A stretch of DNA of 63,823 nucleotides, filler included, from Octopus bimaculoides (lineage: Eukaryota): NCBI RefSeq assembly GCF_001194135.2. It is 4 parts of 4 records of this genome, joined end to end, with 100 filler letters (N's around TTAATTAATTAA, not from the genome) between each part and the next. Parts side by side here need not be neighbours in the genome. Positions count along the whole stretch, not along the records: positions 43,120 to 63,823 come from NC_068981.1; 3 more parts are not named here. One strand, 5' to 3'. Within the stretch, counting starts at the first letter, position 1; each line of letters starts with the position of its first letter. The position numbers were made by a program, and so were the translations under genes. Of the stretch, positions 63,505 through 63,823 are shown in pieces. Under the pieces are notes generated by a model. It did no database searches. It was not told the origin of the DNA and saw nothing but the letters and a program-made list of their open reading frames with translations.

Positions 63505-63823
63505 ATATGTTGTTGTTGTTGGCACTCCGTCACTTATGACGTCGAGGGTTCCAGTTGATCCGATCAGCAAAACAGCCTACTTGTGAAATTAACGTGCAAG
63601 TGGCTGAGCACTCCACAGACACGTGTACCCTTAACGTAGTTCTTTGGGATATTCAGCGTGACACAGTGTGACAAGGCTGGCCCTTTGAAATACAGGTACA
63701 ACAGAAACAGGAAGAAAGAGTGAGAGAAAGTTGTAGTGAAAGAGTACAGCAGGGTTCGCCACCATCCCCTGCCGGAGCCTCGTGGAGCTTTAGGTGTTTT
63801 CGCTCAATAAACACTCACAACGC
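63505..63823 (-). mobile_element. Family-D SINE (truncated by the window end)
   Basis: Colinear with 26810-27095. Confidence 0.8.

Overview
Eukaryotic, AT-rich, gap-ridden scaffold dominated by microsatellites and transposable elements. The repeat families and the (CA)n/(TA)n/(TAA)n load look like an octopus (coleoid cephalopod) genome; this is recognition from memory, not a database result. There are no prokaryotic features or CRISPR arrays, and nearly all ORFs in the supplied track are artefacts of microsatellites or N-gaps. Supportable content: a decayed Penelope-like element (RT + GIY-YIG) between inverted terminal repeats and a second Penelope RT remnant; scrambled fragments of an R4/Dong-type LINE; RTE and CR1-like LINE remnants; two mariner relics; MITEs; many tRNA-derived SINEs; a diverged 18S rRNA fragment; and a few candidate host exons (best: 56637/56643-56819/56828, +). 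The most interesting signal is a set of minimal type-I hammerhead-ribozyme-like motifs from at least five repeat families. Two of these families share a non-canonical CUGUNGA core with a loop-less palindromic stem III, which would need a dimer to fold. Also notable: a sharp CpG-decay boundary near 46 kb, read from copies of the same SINE, and a 142-bp-arm near-perfect palindrome.
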